Origin: Podarcis muralis
Lineage: Eukaryota
NCBI RefSeq assembly: GCF_964188315.1
Contig: NC_135667.1
Span: 18,972,001-19,036,000 of the forward strand
Length of the DNA: 64,000 nt
Reading direction: 5' to 3'
Part shown: one piece after another, positions 26,901-40,200 of the stretch
Layout: every line of letters begins with the position of its first letter
How positions within the stretch are numbered: position 1 is the first letter of the stretch
Position numbers and translations under genes: made by a program
The notes under the pieces: generated by a model
Databases searched by the model: none
Seen by the model: only the letters and a program-made list of their open reading frames with translations
Told to the model about the DNA's origin: nothing

Positions 26901-27937
26901 TAAATAATTCATGGAAAGGGTGATGGTGTTTATATAGGAGGATAATGTGGGGGGGGGGCAGGGTAGGTGGCTTAATTCTCAAGCCCTCTATTTCATTCAT
27001 TAGATCCCAAATTATAAACAAGGTTATATGACAGCTGTGCCTTTCAAAAAAACAACAACAAATAAACAACAACCCTTTTTTTCCCCATCAGAGACCCGCC
27101 TAGTGAATGGCTCAAGTCGCTGCTCTGGGCGGATTGAGGTGTTTCGCAACCAGCAGTGGGGGACTGTGTGTGATGCTGGCTGGGATTTACAGGACGCCCA
27201 TGTTGTGTGCAGAGAACTGAGCTGTGGAAGTGCCTCCAAAGCATTTGGTGGAGCCTTATTTGGCCAAGGATCGGGTCCCATCTGGCTGGAGGGAGTCAAC
27301 TGTACGGGAGAAGAAGCGTCCCTGTCCATATGCCCAAGAAAGTCATTGGCAGAGCACAGATGTGATCACAGCCAGGATTCAAGTGTGGGGTGTTCAGGTA
27401 ATGTTGTAGGAGAGGTTTTGTTTAGTGTATCCTGTGTAGAGCCAAAGATCCAAAGCAAACATTTCTAGATGAAAGCTGGATAGATTCACTCTTCTGGTGG
27501 TAGAAAATCGTTGAGGGAGAGAATGGCAGGAATGTTTGGCAGGTACTCAGGTAGAAAATGCTAGCTCTAAAACTGGCATTAGTTCCTCCTAAACAGGAGC
27601 CTACAGCTGGAGCATTTATCCATCAATTCTTCCTCATGCTTAAATCTCCATATATCCATTAAGTTAAGGTTTTCTACTAAACTGAAAAAGGTAACGGGTA
27701 GTCTCCCTTCCTCTGAATCCGATTTCCTTATTGTCCTATCCATATCCAGGGAGACTACCCATTAGTATCCCACATCAGAATTATTTTCTGATCCATATAA
27801 TCAAACAGTTTTTCCTCTAATATTTTGTAGTATTCAGATTTTCTTTCATTTGGTGTGTATATTCCTACAATTCTTCCCTCTTCGTCTTTAAAATTTTGCT
27901 GCGGGTTGTATTTGTCATTTACATAAATTACCATTCC

Positions 27938-27981
<44 letters not shown>

Positions 27982-28174
27982 TGTTATAAATTCTTTTCCT
28001 AATCTTTTGTTTATTAAGACTCTTCTGTGTTTTTTGCAACATGTATTTCCTGAAGACAAATTATATCCAAATTTTGTTTTATTAAAACGTGTTCTATTTT
28101 ATTTCTTTTTAATTGATTATTCAGTCCATTAACATTCCATGTCAAACGTTTTGAATCCATTCTTCCAATCTTAT

Positions 28175-28219
<45 letters not shown>

Positions 28220-31200
28220 TATGAGTCTTTTTGTTTCTCTTCTTCCTGTTTATCTCCTCTATCTTCCAGGCCTGTTTCTCCCTCAGTTGTTTTCACTCCA
28301 AGTTGTTTTTTTATATGCCCTCCAAAACTGACTTGTCCTTACATCTATGCTTTCCCCCTTTGTATGAAAATGAGATCCCTTCCGGAAATTCCCACCTGCA
28401 CGGTATATCATTTTCTCTCAATGCATCTGTCAGGAACTTATAGTTACTTCTCTTCTTTAGCAATCTGATCGGAATCTCCTTCAAGATTATGATGATTGTA
28501 TTGTCAATATACAATATTTTTTCATAGTTCATCTGTAGTATCCTTTCTTTCATCTCTCTTGAATTGAATATCACCAGACAGTCCCCTGGTAGGTTTTTTT
28601 TTAGCTTTTGGGTAACTTGATTTGATCATGAAGGCTTTATCCAATGAAAAGTTGACTTCCTCTTCTTCAGTTTCTTACCAGCCTGCTATTTCTTTTATTA
28701 TTTAGGCTCTTCTCCTATATATCCTCCTCCACACTTTCTGAGATCCCTCAAAATCTCAAAGTTGATTCTTTCTGCTGCATTTCCAGCACTGCAATTGAAT
28801 CCCACACAGCTTCCTGCATCATACTTAATCCTACCGCATCTTACTTAGACCTCTCATGAGGTCTTTCAGCTCTTTTACCCTGTTTGTTTTCTTAGTTGTT
28901 TCTTTCAGGCCTTGTGTCTTTACTTTTAAATGTTGCATGGGTTTTCCTAGTTCTAAAGTTTTTGTTGATAATTCTTTGATTTGTCCAGTTAGGTCCACCA
29001 CTGATTTTGTATTCTGTTCTATCTTGTTTTCCATCCTTTCCAATTTCTCCTCCAGATTCTTTGCATTATCTTTTATATCTTTCCTTAATTCAGAATACAT
29101 TTCTGAAATTTCCATTTTGGGCTTTGGTTCTCAGGTGGAACCTCTTCTCATTTGGGCTGGAATTGTCCTTTGTCCCACTAGGGGGGCATAAAAGGGGAAA
29201 TGAAAGGGAGGGTGGAACTTTCTCTTTGGCCGTTTCTATGTGCCTAATCCAAAATGGAGAGTCTGAATAAAAATCACACAAAGGGGGGGGGGGGGGCAAA
29301 CCCCCACAAATATTATATCCATATGAAACATGAGTTTTCAGCTTCTTCCAAGCCCAAGCCTCTCACCTTTTGAGGAACTTTATTTCCCATTAAATCTCTA
29401 TCCTCGACCTGTATTTCAAATAACCAAGACTGCAATAAAAAGAAAGAGGAAGGGGAAGGCAAAAAAAGGTTTATTTATATATCCAAGTTGCCGGTGGAGT
29501 TGGTCGCCTCTGGCACATTCATATGAGATGTACTCTCAAACAAGTTCTTGAAGGTTGTGTCCAAGGATTCCGAGAAGATGACTGCAGGAATGGAGAATAG
29601 GCCGGCGTCGTGTGCTCAGAGGGTACCATAAAATAGCCATAGAAACTGACTACACCAAGAAACCCGATTAATATGACATTGTATCAAAAAGAGCTACTTT
29701 TTATCATTCTTAAGACAAAAATCTAAAATTGTTATTATAGTTGTGGATGGGGGACTTTGGATAAAGAATGATGCTTCATGTTTTGTGAGAAATGGTGCTT
29801 CAGAGTCTGTTCCTTCCAGCCCTAAAGTGAACCCAATTAAATTATTTTGAATTATCTGGTAAACTGCAGTCTTATGAGAAATGCCAGCATGGCCACCTGC
29901 CCACTTGTTGTGCCTCAGCCTAAATGGAAGCCAGGAAGAATGAGGAACTGGAGAAACAAAATTCCCTTTAATCTTTACAGATCTCCAAACCATCAGATTG
30001 GTGAATGGAACAAGTCCCTGCTCCGGAAGAGTCGAGGTGCTCCACAACCAGCAGTGGTTGACCGTGTGTGATGAGGGATGGGATCTGAACAGTGCCAATG
30101 TTGTCTGTCGAGAAATTGGCTGTAGCCCTCCCTTGTCAGTCCCAAGAGGAGCTCATTTTGGAAGAGGACATGGTCCTGCCTGGTTGACTGGTGTCCATTG
30201 TCAGGGAACAGAAGCTACGTTCAAGGAGTGCACCCCAAACAACTGGCAAACGAAAGACTGCAGCCATGGAGAAGGTGCTGCTGTTGTGTGCTCAGGTAAC
30301 ATAAATGCTTAGACACTAGCTGAAATTTGAATCATGACTGTTATGCCAAAAGTTGGCTTCTCTTGAGCTCTGATCATCCTCTGAAGGGGCAGAGGGTGAG
30401 CCTTCCTCTTCTTGTTGCATACTCTTTTCTGGGTCTCATCTAGAACACAATTCACAACATTCCTGCAGTGTTTCTTCTAGGCTTTGTTCTGCCTCCTGCA
30501 TCATTTTTGTCCTTTCTGTTCACTTTTGGTTGGGGTGGGGGGTGGGGAGCTGAAAGGACACCATACCAGTTTAATGCAATGTCTGAATTTGAAATAACTA
30601 GCTATTTTAATATCCAGAAAATCTAATTACTATGGACATTTTACATATTCAGTGGCTATTTCTGCCCACAACTATTCTGGGGGAGGGTGTACAAGGGGAA
30701 GGAGTGCCCTTCCAGGGACTCTGGGGTGCCCTGGGAGTCTCGCCACAATATTACTTCTACAATAATAAAAACTAGTGAAGAAACAAGGAGGGGGTAGAAA
30801 TTCCTCTGCTGTGCTGAAATTTGGAATATATCCAAATGATGTTGATAGCCATAGCAAGGAGGAAACTACTGCCCTTCCCTCCAAATTTTTTTTGGGGGGG
30901 GAGGGAGAATCATTTTTTTTAAGTTTTCCATTTTAACAATCCAATAAAATCACATTGAATGTTCTAAATTATACAAATACATATCAAATAGTCCAAATAT
31001 TCTGCCTAAATTATATATTTTTTTTGTTGGGACTTCCCATGCTTCAAGTTCGGGGGGGGGGCTCTGATCGTCTCATATCTCTGTTGCCTTGGATAGTCTT
31101 TCCAATAGTTCCTTTAAATCTTCCTGTTGTTAACCTTCCTTCTTTCATGGCCTCTGAGTTGTTTCCACAAGTGAGTTGAAATAAGCAATGATGTGTTTCT

Positions 31201-34200
31201 GTGTGGAATTTATATGTATGATTCTCCTCTATTGCTGCAGTATCTCCTCACACGCTGGTGTTTGTGCCGAATCAGTCCCAAAGTCATTTCGCTGCTGGCA
31301 GACGCCATCTTCTCCCAGTTCTGATGAAATCAAATCTTGGCCTTTGCTCATTAATTTTCCCAGACTGGTTGCATCAAACATTAGCCTTTGCAGGGGAGAT
31401 TTACCAAATCATACTTGAAATACAGATATAATGACATATTAAGAGCTCGCCTCCCCCTATAACTATTTATAACTCTGCAGCTCGGTCTTATTCCATCATG
31501 GCAGATGTCCAATTTAAAAAGTGCGTCACATCTCAACTTTCTAGGAACCCGTCCAAAGTTTTTTGAAGTCTCTCCAGCGGTTAACGAGATCCTGCTTCTT
31601 TCTAAAATCAGCAATTGGAGAATCTTTTATCTTCTTCCAGGCAATTCAAAAAACAAAAGCTGTAATTATATAATATTGTTATTTCCACACAGTTTATATC
31701 AAAATTCTGGAAATTGGGGTGGGTGGGTGTCAAAATGAATATTTAGCTTAGTACAAGGATATTTTTAAAATGAAAACGATGCCCCTCTAGTGAGAATCAA
31801 CAGACAAATATCTATCATTGTTGAAGAAGTGACCAGTTTCAGGCATGACTTCCAACAAAACAATTCAATAGATTCTGTTTCGATGAGCTCTGATAACTAG
31901 GGGCAATAAAAAGGAAGGATGAGGAATGTGAGAGGTGGAGATATAAATCTGTCTTTTTTCACACCCAACAGAGATCAGATTGGTGGGTGGTTCAAATATT
32001 TGCTCTGGGAGATTTGAGCTGTTCTACAACTGGGATTGGATCCCCCCATGTGAAGACAGTTTGGACTGGAACAGTGTCCAAGTCATGTGCCGGCAACTTG
32101 GCTGTGGACCCTTCCTGTCAGGATCATCATCAGCTGTTGAATATAGACCAAGTTTTCTGCCAGCAAAAAAATTCACCTGTGAGGGAACAGAAGCTTCTCT
32201 CAACTACTGCCAAGGAAGATATGTCTCTAAAATGATGTGCTGGCCTTCCTATGCACGTATTGAATGCTCAGGTAATATTAATTTCCTCGTTTGTTTTTTT
32301 ATTCTGTTTAAAACTCACTTCCTATGAAATGTCTCAAATCATTACAGTAATCAAAACAATGAAAATGTTTATGTATAAAACAATTATAGTATATTCGATT
32401 AATAAAGCAATTCAGTATATAAAAAAATTTCAAATCCAATACAGGATTTAATGTTTTAATGTTGAAAAAAGAAAGACTTTAAATGTTGAAAAAAGAAAGA
32501 CTTTAATAGGCACCAAATAGGCAATAGAGATGGCGCCTGTCTGATACGTCACAGGAGGAAGTTCCAAAGGGTGGGTTCCACCAGGCTGAAGGCTTTGTTC
32601 TTATGGACCTCCTGATCAGATGCTGTCTGCAGGAGACCTTCTCCCAGAGAGTGCAGTGATTGGGTGGGCATGTAAAGGGTGAGGTGATATCGCCTAACAT
32701 GTGCCCTCTTGACCACTTCAGTTGGTGGAATTGGCACTATTACAGGTGCCACATAATACCCATTCTGCATCTGTAAGTACTCAATTGTTTAGTGTGGCAG
32801 TGTCTCCCTGCCTATTGAAATCCAATTGGCGCCTTCACTGTTCTCTTTCCAGTGCCTGTTAAAAACACTTTTGTTCAGACAAACCTACCTAGGTGCTTAG
32901 AAATGCTGGTGGGAATTTTAATCTGTTTGAGTCTCTTAGGTTTTGTAGGTTTTTGATGTGTTTCATTTTTTCCCTGATTTTATACTTTTATCTCTTTGTA
33001 AACCACTTTGAAGTTTTGTACACTATAAATTTTATGAAATGAATGAATGAATGAATGGTCATGGAAATGCAGCTCATTCTAGGTAGGATCTTTTGTTGTT
33101 GTTTAGTTGTTTAGTCGTGTCCGACTCTTCATGACCCCATGGACCAGAGCACACCAGCCACTCCTGTCTTCCACTGCCTCCCGCAGTTTGGTCAAACTCA
33201 TGCTGGTAGCTTTGAGAACACTATCCAACCATCTTGTCTTCTGTCGTCCCCTTCTCCTCATGCCCTCCATCTTTCCCAGCATCAGTGTCTTCTCCAGGGA
33301 GTCTTCTCTTCTCATGAGGTGGCCAAAGTATTGGAGCCTCAGCTTCATGATCTGTCCTTCCAGTGAGCACTCAAGGCTGATTTCCTTCAGAATGGATAGG
33401 TTTGATCTTCTTGCAGTCCATGGGACTCTCAAGAGTCTCCTCCAGCACCATAATTCAAAAGCATCAATTCTTCGGTGATCAGCCTTCTTTATGGTCCAGC
33501 TCTCACTTCCATACATCACTACTGGGAAAAGCATAGCTTTAACTATACGGACCTTTGTTGGCAAGGTGATGTCTCTGCTTTTTAAGAAGCTGTCTAGGTT
33601 TGTCATTGCTTTTCTTCCAAGAAGCAGGCATCTTTTAATTTCATGGCTGCTGTCACCATCTGCAGTGATCATGGAGCCCAAGAAAGTAAAATCTATCACT
33701 GCCTCCATTTCTTCCCCTTCTATTTGCCAGGAGGGGATGGGCCTAGTGGCCATATCTTTGTTAGGTAGGATCTTTACCTGTCTTAGGGACGTGGGTGGCG
33801 CTGTGGGTAAAAGCCTCAGCGCCTAGGGCTTGCCGATCGAAAGGTTGGCTGTTCGAATCCCCGTGGCGGGGTGCGCTCCCGCTGCTCGGTCCCAGCGCCT
33901 GCCAACCTAGCAGTTCGAAAGCACCCCTGGGTGCAAGTAGATAAATAGGGACCGCTTACTGGCGGGAAGGTAAACAGCGTTTCCGTGCACGGCTCTGGCT
34001 CGCCAGAGCAGCGATGTCACGCTGGCCACATGACCCGGAAGTGTCTCCGGACAGCGCTGGCCCCCGGCCTATAGAGTGAGATGGGCGCACAACCCTAGAG
34101 TCTGTCAAGACTGGCCCGTATGGGCAGGGGTACCTTTACCTTTACCTTTACCTTTACCTGTCTTAAATAAACAGGCAAGGCCATAGATAACCAGCAAGAC

Positions 34201-37200
34201 CATCCTGTAGGTACCCCTTGATGTATTTAATTAATCCTGCAGCAGCAGGTTGGTACCTCCAGGTCAAAACTCCTGTGCCGATCAGTAGCAGGACTGCAGC
34301 TATGAAGAGCCGCTGGAGCCTAACCTAGCAAGATAGCAAATGAATAAATTAATACATTTATTCTGAGTGCGCTCTGCTGGAACATATCCGAACTCTTTTG
34401 TTCCCTCCCTCCTCCACCAATCAATCCCCTTTTCTCCACTTCACTTTTGTTCTGACTGTATTTCCCACCACAGTACACTATGGCACTACAAATTGCTATG
34501 ATGCATTGCTGATTGTTCTTCTTCTTTTTATTGTTTTTATTGATTGATTGTATTGTTGAGAAAAACAGAAACCAGAACTGAAAAGTTAAAAAGCCTTTTT
34601 CAATCTCTGTAGGGATCAGATTAGTGAATGGTACAAACCGCTGCTCTGGGAGAGTGGAGGTGCTCCACAACCAGCAATGGCTGACGGTGTGTGAAGATGG
34701 CTGGGATCTAAACAGCGCCCAGGCTGTGTGCAGGGAACATGTCTGTGGGGAAGCCTTGTTTGTCCCAAGAGGAGCTCCCTTTGGAAGAGGATGTGGTGCC
34801 ACCTGCTTGGCTGGAGCCAAGTGTCGGGGGATGGAATACAGATTTAAGGACTGTGACCTACACTGGGAAACACATAATTGCAGTCATGGAGAAGATGCTA
34901 GTGTTGTCTGCTCAGGTAATTCTAGGTTGAGAGAAACTGGCAATACGTTCATCTTAATTACTACTATCTTTCCTAATAATGATAAATTCCTTCTTCCGCA
35001 TATTTCTAGATTCCTTTTTATTTTGTTCCAATTTTTTTCATAATTGTCTTTTAAAATATTTATATTTTTGGTTGTTAACCAGACCCCCAAATATGTGATT
35101 TTTTTAAATGGATCTCTATTTCTACATTTTGTTGTAATTCTATTTTATCTTCTCTTGCTAATTTCTTTACTAATAATTTTGTTTTATTTTTATTCAGCTT
35201 AAATCCTGCCACTTGCCCAAATTCCTGTATTTTCTCTAATACCCTCAAAAGGGAATTTTTAGGATCTTCCACCATAATTACAAGGTCATCTGCATATGCT
35301 TTAAGCTTATATTCCTTTTCCCCTACCATAATTCCTTTAGTCTTATTATCTGCCCTGATATTTCTCGCCAGGACTTCCAAAACCAAAATAAATAAAAGAG
35401 GTGATAGGGGATATCCCTGATTTGTTCCTTTCTGTATTTTACATTGCTCTGTTACCACCTGGTTCACAATTAATTTGGCTTTTTGATCAGAATATATAGA
35501 TTAAATCCCTTTCCTAAATCTCACCCAAAGTTCATCACTTCAAGAACTTTTTTTCATAAAATCCCATGAAACATTATCAAATGCTTTTTCAGCATCTATA
35601 AACATCAGGACCGCTTGGAAGGGAGGGATATTAGTCCTTTTTTTGTACACCACTTTCTAGATTTTATGTTGTAGAACCAGGCACAACTTTAAATTGGCTG
35701 TAACTGCCAAAATCTTTCTTTATTAGTATTTGCCAATACAGCAAGTGAACTCTGTAAGAACAATTCTTCTTCCTCTGGGCTCCAGTTCTCCTCTTTCCCT
35801 ACATTCTTGCCTTTTCTTTTTTGGTTTCAAAAGTGGTGACTGAACTGACACTTGACTAATTTCATCCAATAGCCAAGGTTTGAATATCTTGCAAGTCTAA
35901 CATTCCAGAAACATCATTATTTCAGCAGCATCTCGGGAATCAGCTTCTTTTGTGCTCATCCACTATACATTCTCATTTATATTCAGTAACATTATCTTAA
36001 TTTGACCGGATTTTGCATCAGCAAAAAGGAATAATGGCACATTTCCAGTGGTGATGATTGTGTGCAGCAGAATGCATGTCGTATCTCCATAGCCCCATTC
36101 TTTTGCCATGAAAGTAGGCAGGTTTGCTCTGCCAATTAGGCCAACAGAAATCTATTTAAACATTTTGAGGAAGACTTCAATTTTGAAATTCAGGATATTA
36201 AAAGCTTATTTTTCCTCATTGTTTTCTTGAAAATGCTTTGCCATTGTGGTTAGTTGCATTGGCACACTGGTCCAGGACCATATTCCCTCATAATACAGTG
36301 GAACCTCGGGTTACATACTCTTCTGCTTACATACGCTTCAGGTTACGGACTCCGTTAACCCAGAAAAAGTACCTTGGGTTAAGAACTTTGCTTCAGGATG
36401 AGAACAGAAATTGTGCAGCGGCGGCACAACGGCAGCAGGAGGCCCCATTAGCTAAAGTGGTGCTTCAGGTTAAGAACAGTTTCAGGTTAAGAACAGACCT
36501 CCAGAACGAATTAAGTTCTTAACATGAGGTACCACTGTACTTCTGTGGAAAGCAGGTGTATCTGAAAGTCATGTTCTCTCAGAGATGGTGTTTTTTTCAG
36601 CATGTTGCTCTGCAAGTAGAGAGGACACGCCCTTCCAAGGGATATGACTTCCAGATAGAGCATCTTTCCACTGATGTATTCTTGGGGGAAATGGCTCTGG
36701 GGTCTTTTGGGGATGCTTCCACCACTTGCTGCAATGGGAAGAACAAGTTAAAGTTGTGTGTGCGTGTGTGTGTAAAAGAAGTAAGGAGAAGAGAAATATA
36801 TTCAATCCTGCATTCTGAAATATAGGACCCCTTCAAATTTTAAAGTAATGGTCTTCAGCTGACCAAAGGTGATGGCAGATCTGGACTCCATAGATAGCAC
36901 CCTGTGCTTGTCAGGCGCCTCCTCCTCCGCTGTGCACCCACCACTGCGTTCCCACTCACTCCCAACACCCACTTTCCGTCTTCTGTTTTCCCTCTCCTCC
37001 CACCATCCCATTTCCTCTCTCCATTTAGCCCCCCTTGCTTTATCACAGCTTTTCTTCTCCCTGTTCTATGGCATCTCACCTTCTCGTATTTTCCATACCT
37101 TGATACCCACAGAGTCTTGCTCAAATTCCATGCTGTGTTTGCAGCTGCTTCTTGATGGACAGGCTCTCTGCTTTGCAAGAGAGCAGCTGCGGCCTCCAAA

Positions 37201-40200
37201 CAGTAAGCCATGCTGCAAAGGCAAGAGAGAGGTTCTGCTAGGTTGGCAGAATGGAACGAGGAGAAGTGTTTTGGAGGGTCCGAGAAAGGGGGTCAGATGA
37301 GCACTATCCCACCACCACTTGCCAGTTCAGGAAAAGAGAAACTCCAAGAGGGTGCAAAGCAGGACTGGAGAGGTTTGGAGGGCTGCATTTGGTCCCTAAA
37401 TCTGATATTCCCTATCCATGCTCTAACCTAGAACCCTTAACATTTCCCATGGAATAATAATCATCATCATAATAATAAATTTTATTTATATCCCGCCCTC
37501 CCCAGCCAAAGCCGGGCTCAGGGCAACTAACAACAATAAAATAGTACAACATTCTAAAATCATTTCATTCTAAAATTAATTCAACTCAAATTGATGGCAA
37601 CCATTAGGCTAAAGTTCTGTGAAGATTGCCAAAGGAGGGAGTCAGGCTGTGCCCTGACCAAAGGCCAGGCGGAACAACTCTGTCTTGCAGGCCCTGCGGA
37701 AAGATTTCAAGTCCCGCAGGGCCCTGGTCTCTTGTGACAGAGCGTTCCACCAGATTGGAGCCACAGCCGAAAAAGCCCTGGCTCTAGTTGAGGCCAGCCT
37801 AACCTCTCTGTGGCCTGGGACCTTCAGGATGTTTTTGTTTGAGGACCGTAAGTTCCTCTGTGGGACATACCAGGAGAGGTGGTCCTGTAGGTACGAGGGT
37901 CCTAGGCCGTATAGGGCTTTAAAGGATGAAACCAGCACCTTAAACCTGATCCTGTACTCCACCGGGAGCCAGTGCAGCTGGTATAGCACCAGGTGAATGT
38001 GATCTCGCAGCGAGGACCCCATAAGGAGTCCCCATAAGGAGTCTCGCCACGGCATTCTGCACCCACTGGAGTTTCTGGGTCAGTCTCAAGGGCAGCCCCA
38101 CGTAGAGCGAGTTACAATAGTCCAGTCTGGAGGTGACCGTCACGTGGATCACAGTGGCTAGGTCAGGGCGAGAGAGGTAAGGAGCCAACTGCTTAGCTTG
38201 GTGGAGATTAAAAAAAAGGCCGCCTTTGTTATAGCTGCAATCTGCGCTTCCATGGAAAGATTACACCCAAACTCTTAACGGACGGTGCTGGCAGTAATTG
38301 CGCCCCCACAAGAGATGGGAGTTGCCCCCTAATCCCATATCGTCCCTTCCCAGCCAAAGGACCTCTGTCTTCGAAGGAAGCTACAAAAAATGAGGAATTG
38401 GGAGGTGGAGGCACAAAATGGACTCTAACCATTTTAAACCCTACAGATATCAGATTGGTGAATGGTACAAGCCCTTGCTCTGGAAGAGTTGGGGTGTTCA
38501 ACGCCGGGCAGTGGGGGACTGTGTGTGATGATGGTTGGAATCTGAGCAGCGCCCAAGTCGTGTGCAGGCAACTTGGATGTGGGGAAGCCTTATCAGTCAA
38601 AGTAGCAGCTCACTTTGGGAAAGGCAATGGCTCCATCTTGCTGGATGAGGTCAGATGCAAGGGGACAGAAGCTACCCTCCGCCACTGCCACCTACAGCCT
38701 TGGGGAGAACATAACTGTGTGCATGAAGAAGATGCTGGTGTTGTATGCTCAGGTAAAAATTACAATTAAGAAATAGTCCTTATCGTGTTTTAATCTCGTA
38801 TTGTTATGTTGTGAACTGCTCTGAGATCTACAGATGAAGAGTGGTATGCAAATTTAATATATAAATTAATTAGTAGGAGCTATGCAGTTGGGTTAGAGGG
38901 ATGCAGGTGGCGCTGCGGGTTAAACCACAGAGCCTAGGACTTGCCAATCAGAAGGTCGGCGGTTTGAATCCCCGCGACAGGGTGAGCTCCCGTTGCTCGG
39001 TCTCTGCTCCTGCCCACCTAGCAGTTCAAAAGCATGTCAAAGTGCAAGTAGATAAATAGGTACCGCTCCGGTGGGAAGGTAAACGGCGTTTCCATGCGCT
39101 GCTCTGGTTCACCAAAAGCGGCTTAGTCATGCTGGCCACATGACCTGGAAGCTGTATCCCGGCTCCCTCGGCCAATAAAGCGAGATGAGCACCGCAATCC
39201 CAGAGTCGGCCACAACTGGACCTAATGGTCAGGGGTCCCTATACCTTTTATACAGTTGGGTTAGAAACTTGTATACAAGTTGAATCAGCATGCCCATTTT
39301 GTCATCAACACATGTCCTTCAGCTCTGCTGGTGATAATCATATCAATGGAAGCAGGAAAGACCCTCTGTCTGCGTTTTCTTCCCCTCCTCTTTTGCACAG
39401 TCTTTCCTTCGCTTCATATGCACCACATTAAATAGGTTCAAACCATAATTTGTGAGGATTTTATGCAACATTCTGGCCTCTTCTCCATCTTTGTTATCCG
39501 TACTGTGTAGGAGAGCAGCTGAGCTTGCATCTTATTAATTTTATCTATCAGTAGACTCCGTTTCAGTCGAAGCTATTTCTCATCTCAACAGAGATCAGAC
39601 TGGTGAACGGTACAAGCAGCTGCTCTGGAAGAGTTGAAGTGCTCCACAACTGGCAGTGGCTGGCTATGTGCGATGACAGATGGAATCTGACCAGTGCCCA
39701 AGTTGTATGTAGAGAGCTTGGATGTGGTGAAGCCTTGCTGGCTGCAGGAGGAGCTCACTTTGGAACAGGAAATGGTCCCACCTGGTTGTCTGGTGTCAGT
39801 TGTCAGGGGACAGAAGTTGCCTTCAAGGACTGTGACTTACAGTGGAGAACACATGATTGCAGCCATGGAGAAGTTGCCAGTGTTGTGTGCTCAGGTAATA
39901 GCTATACTGTGGCCTTGGAAACTGGCTGCAAGTTCAACTAGTAAGTCTATTTTGCCAATAGAAAGTTGCTGAAGAGTTCTGATGCTGATAGTTGTGCTGG
40001 GAGGAGGAGGAAGAAGGGCAGTTCACAATATAATTTTCATTCTGTGTCATTTTTGCTTTCTCTAGAAACAAAACAAGTGTCCCAATGCCGTTCTAGCTTT
40101 CTAGATAAGCACTAGGTGTGAGTAACATTCCCTAGAGGAGTTCTAAATCCAAACGACGTTTGATGTCCTTCATAGCCATGGCATCATGTCTGGAGCTGCA

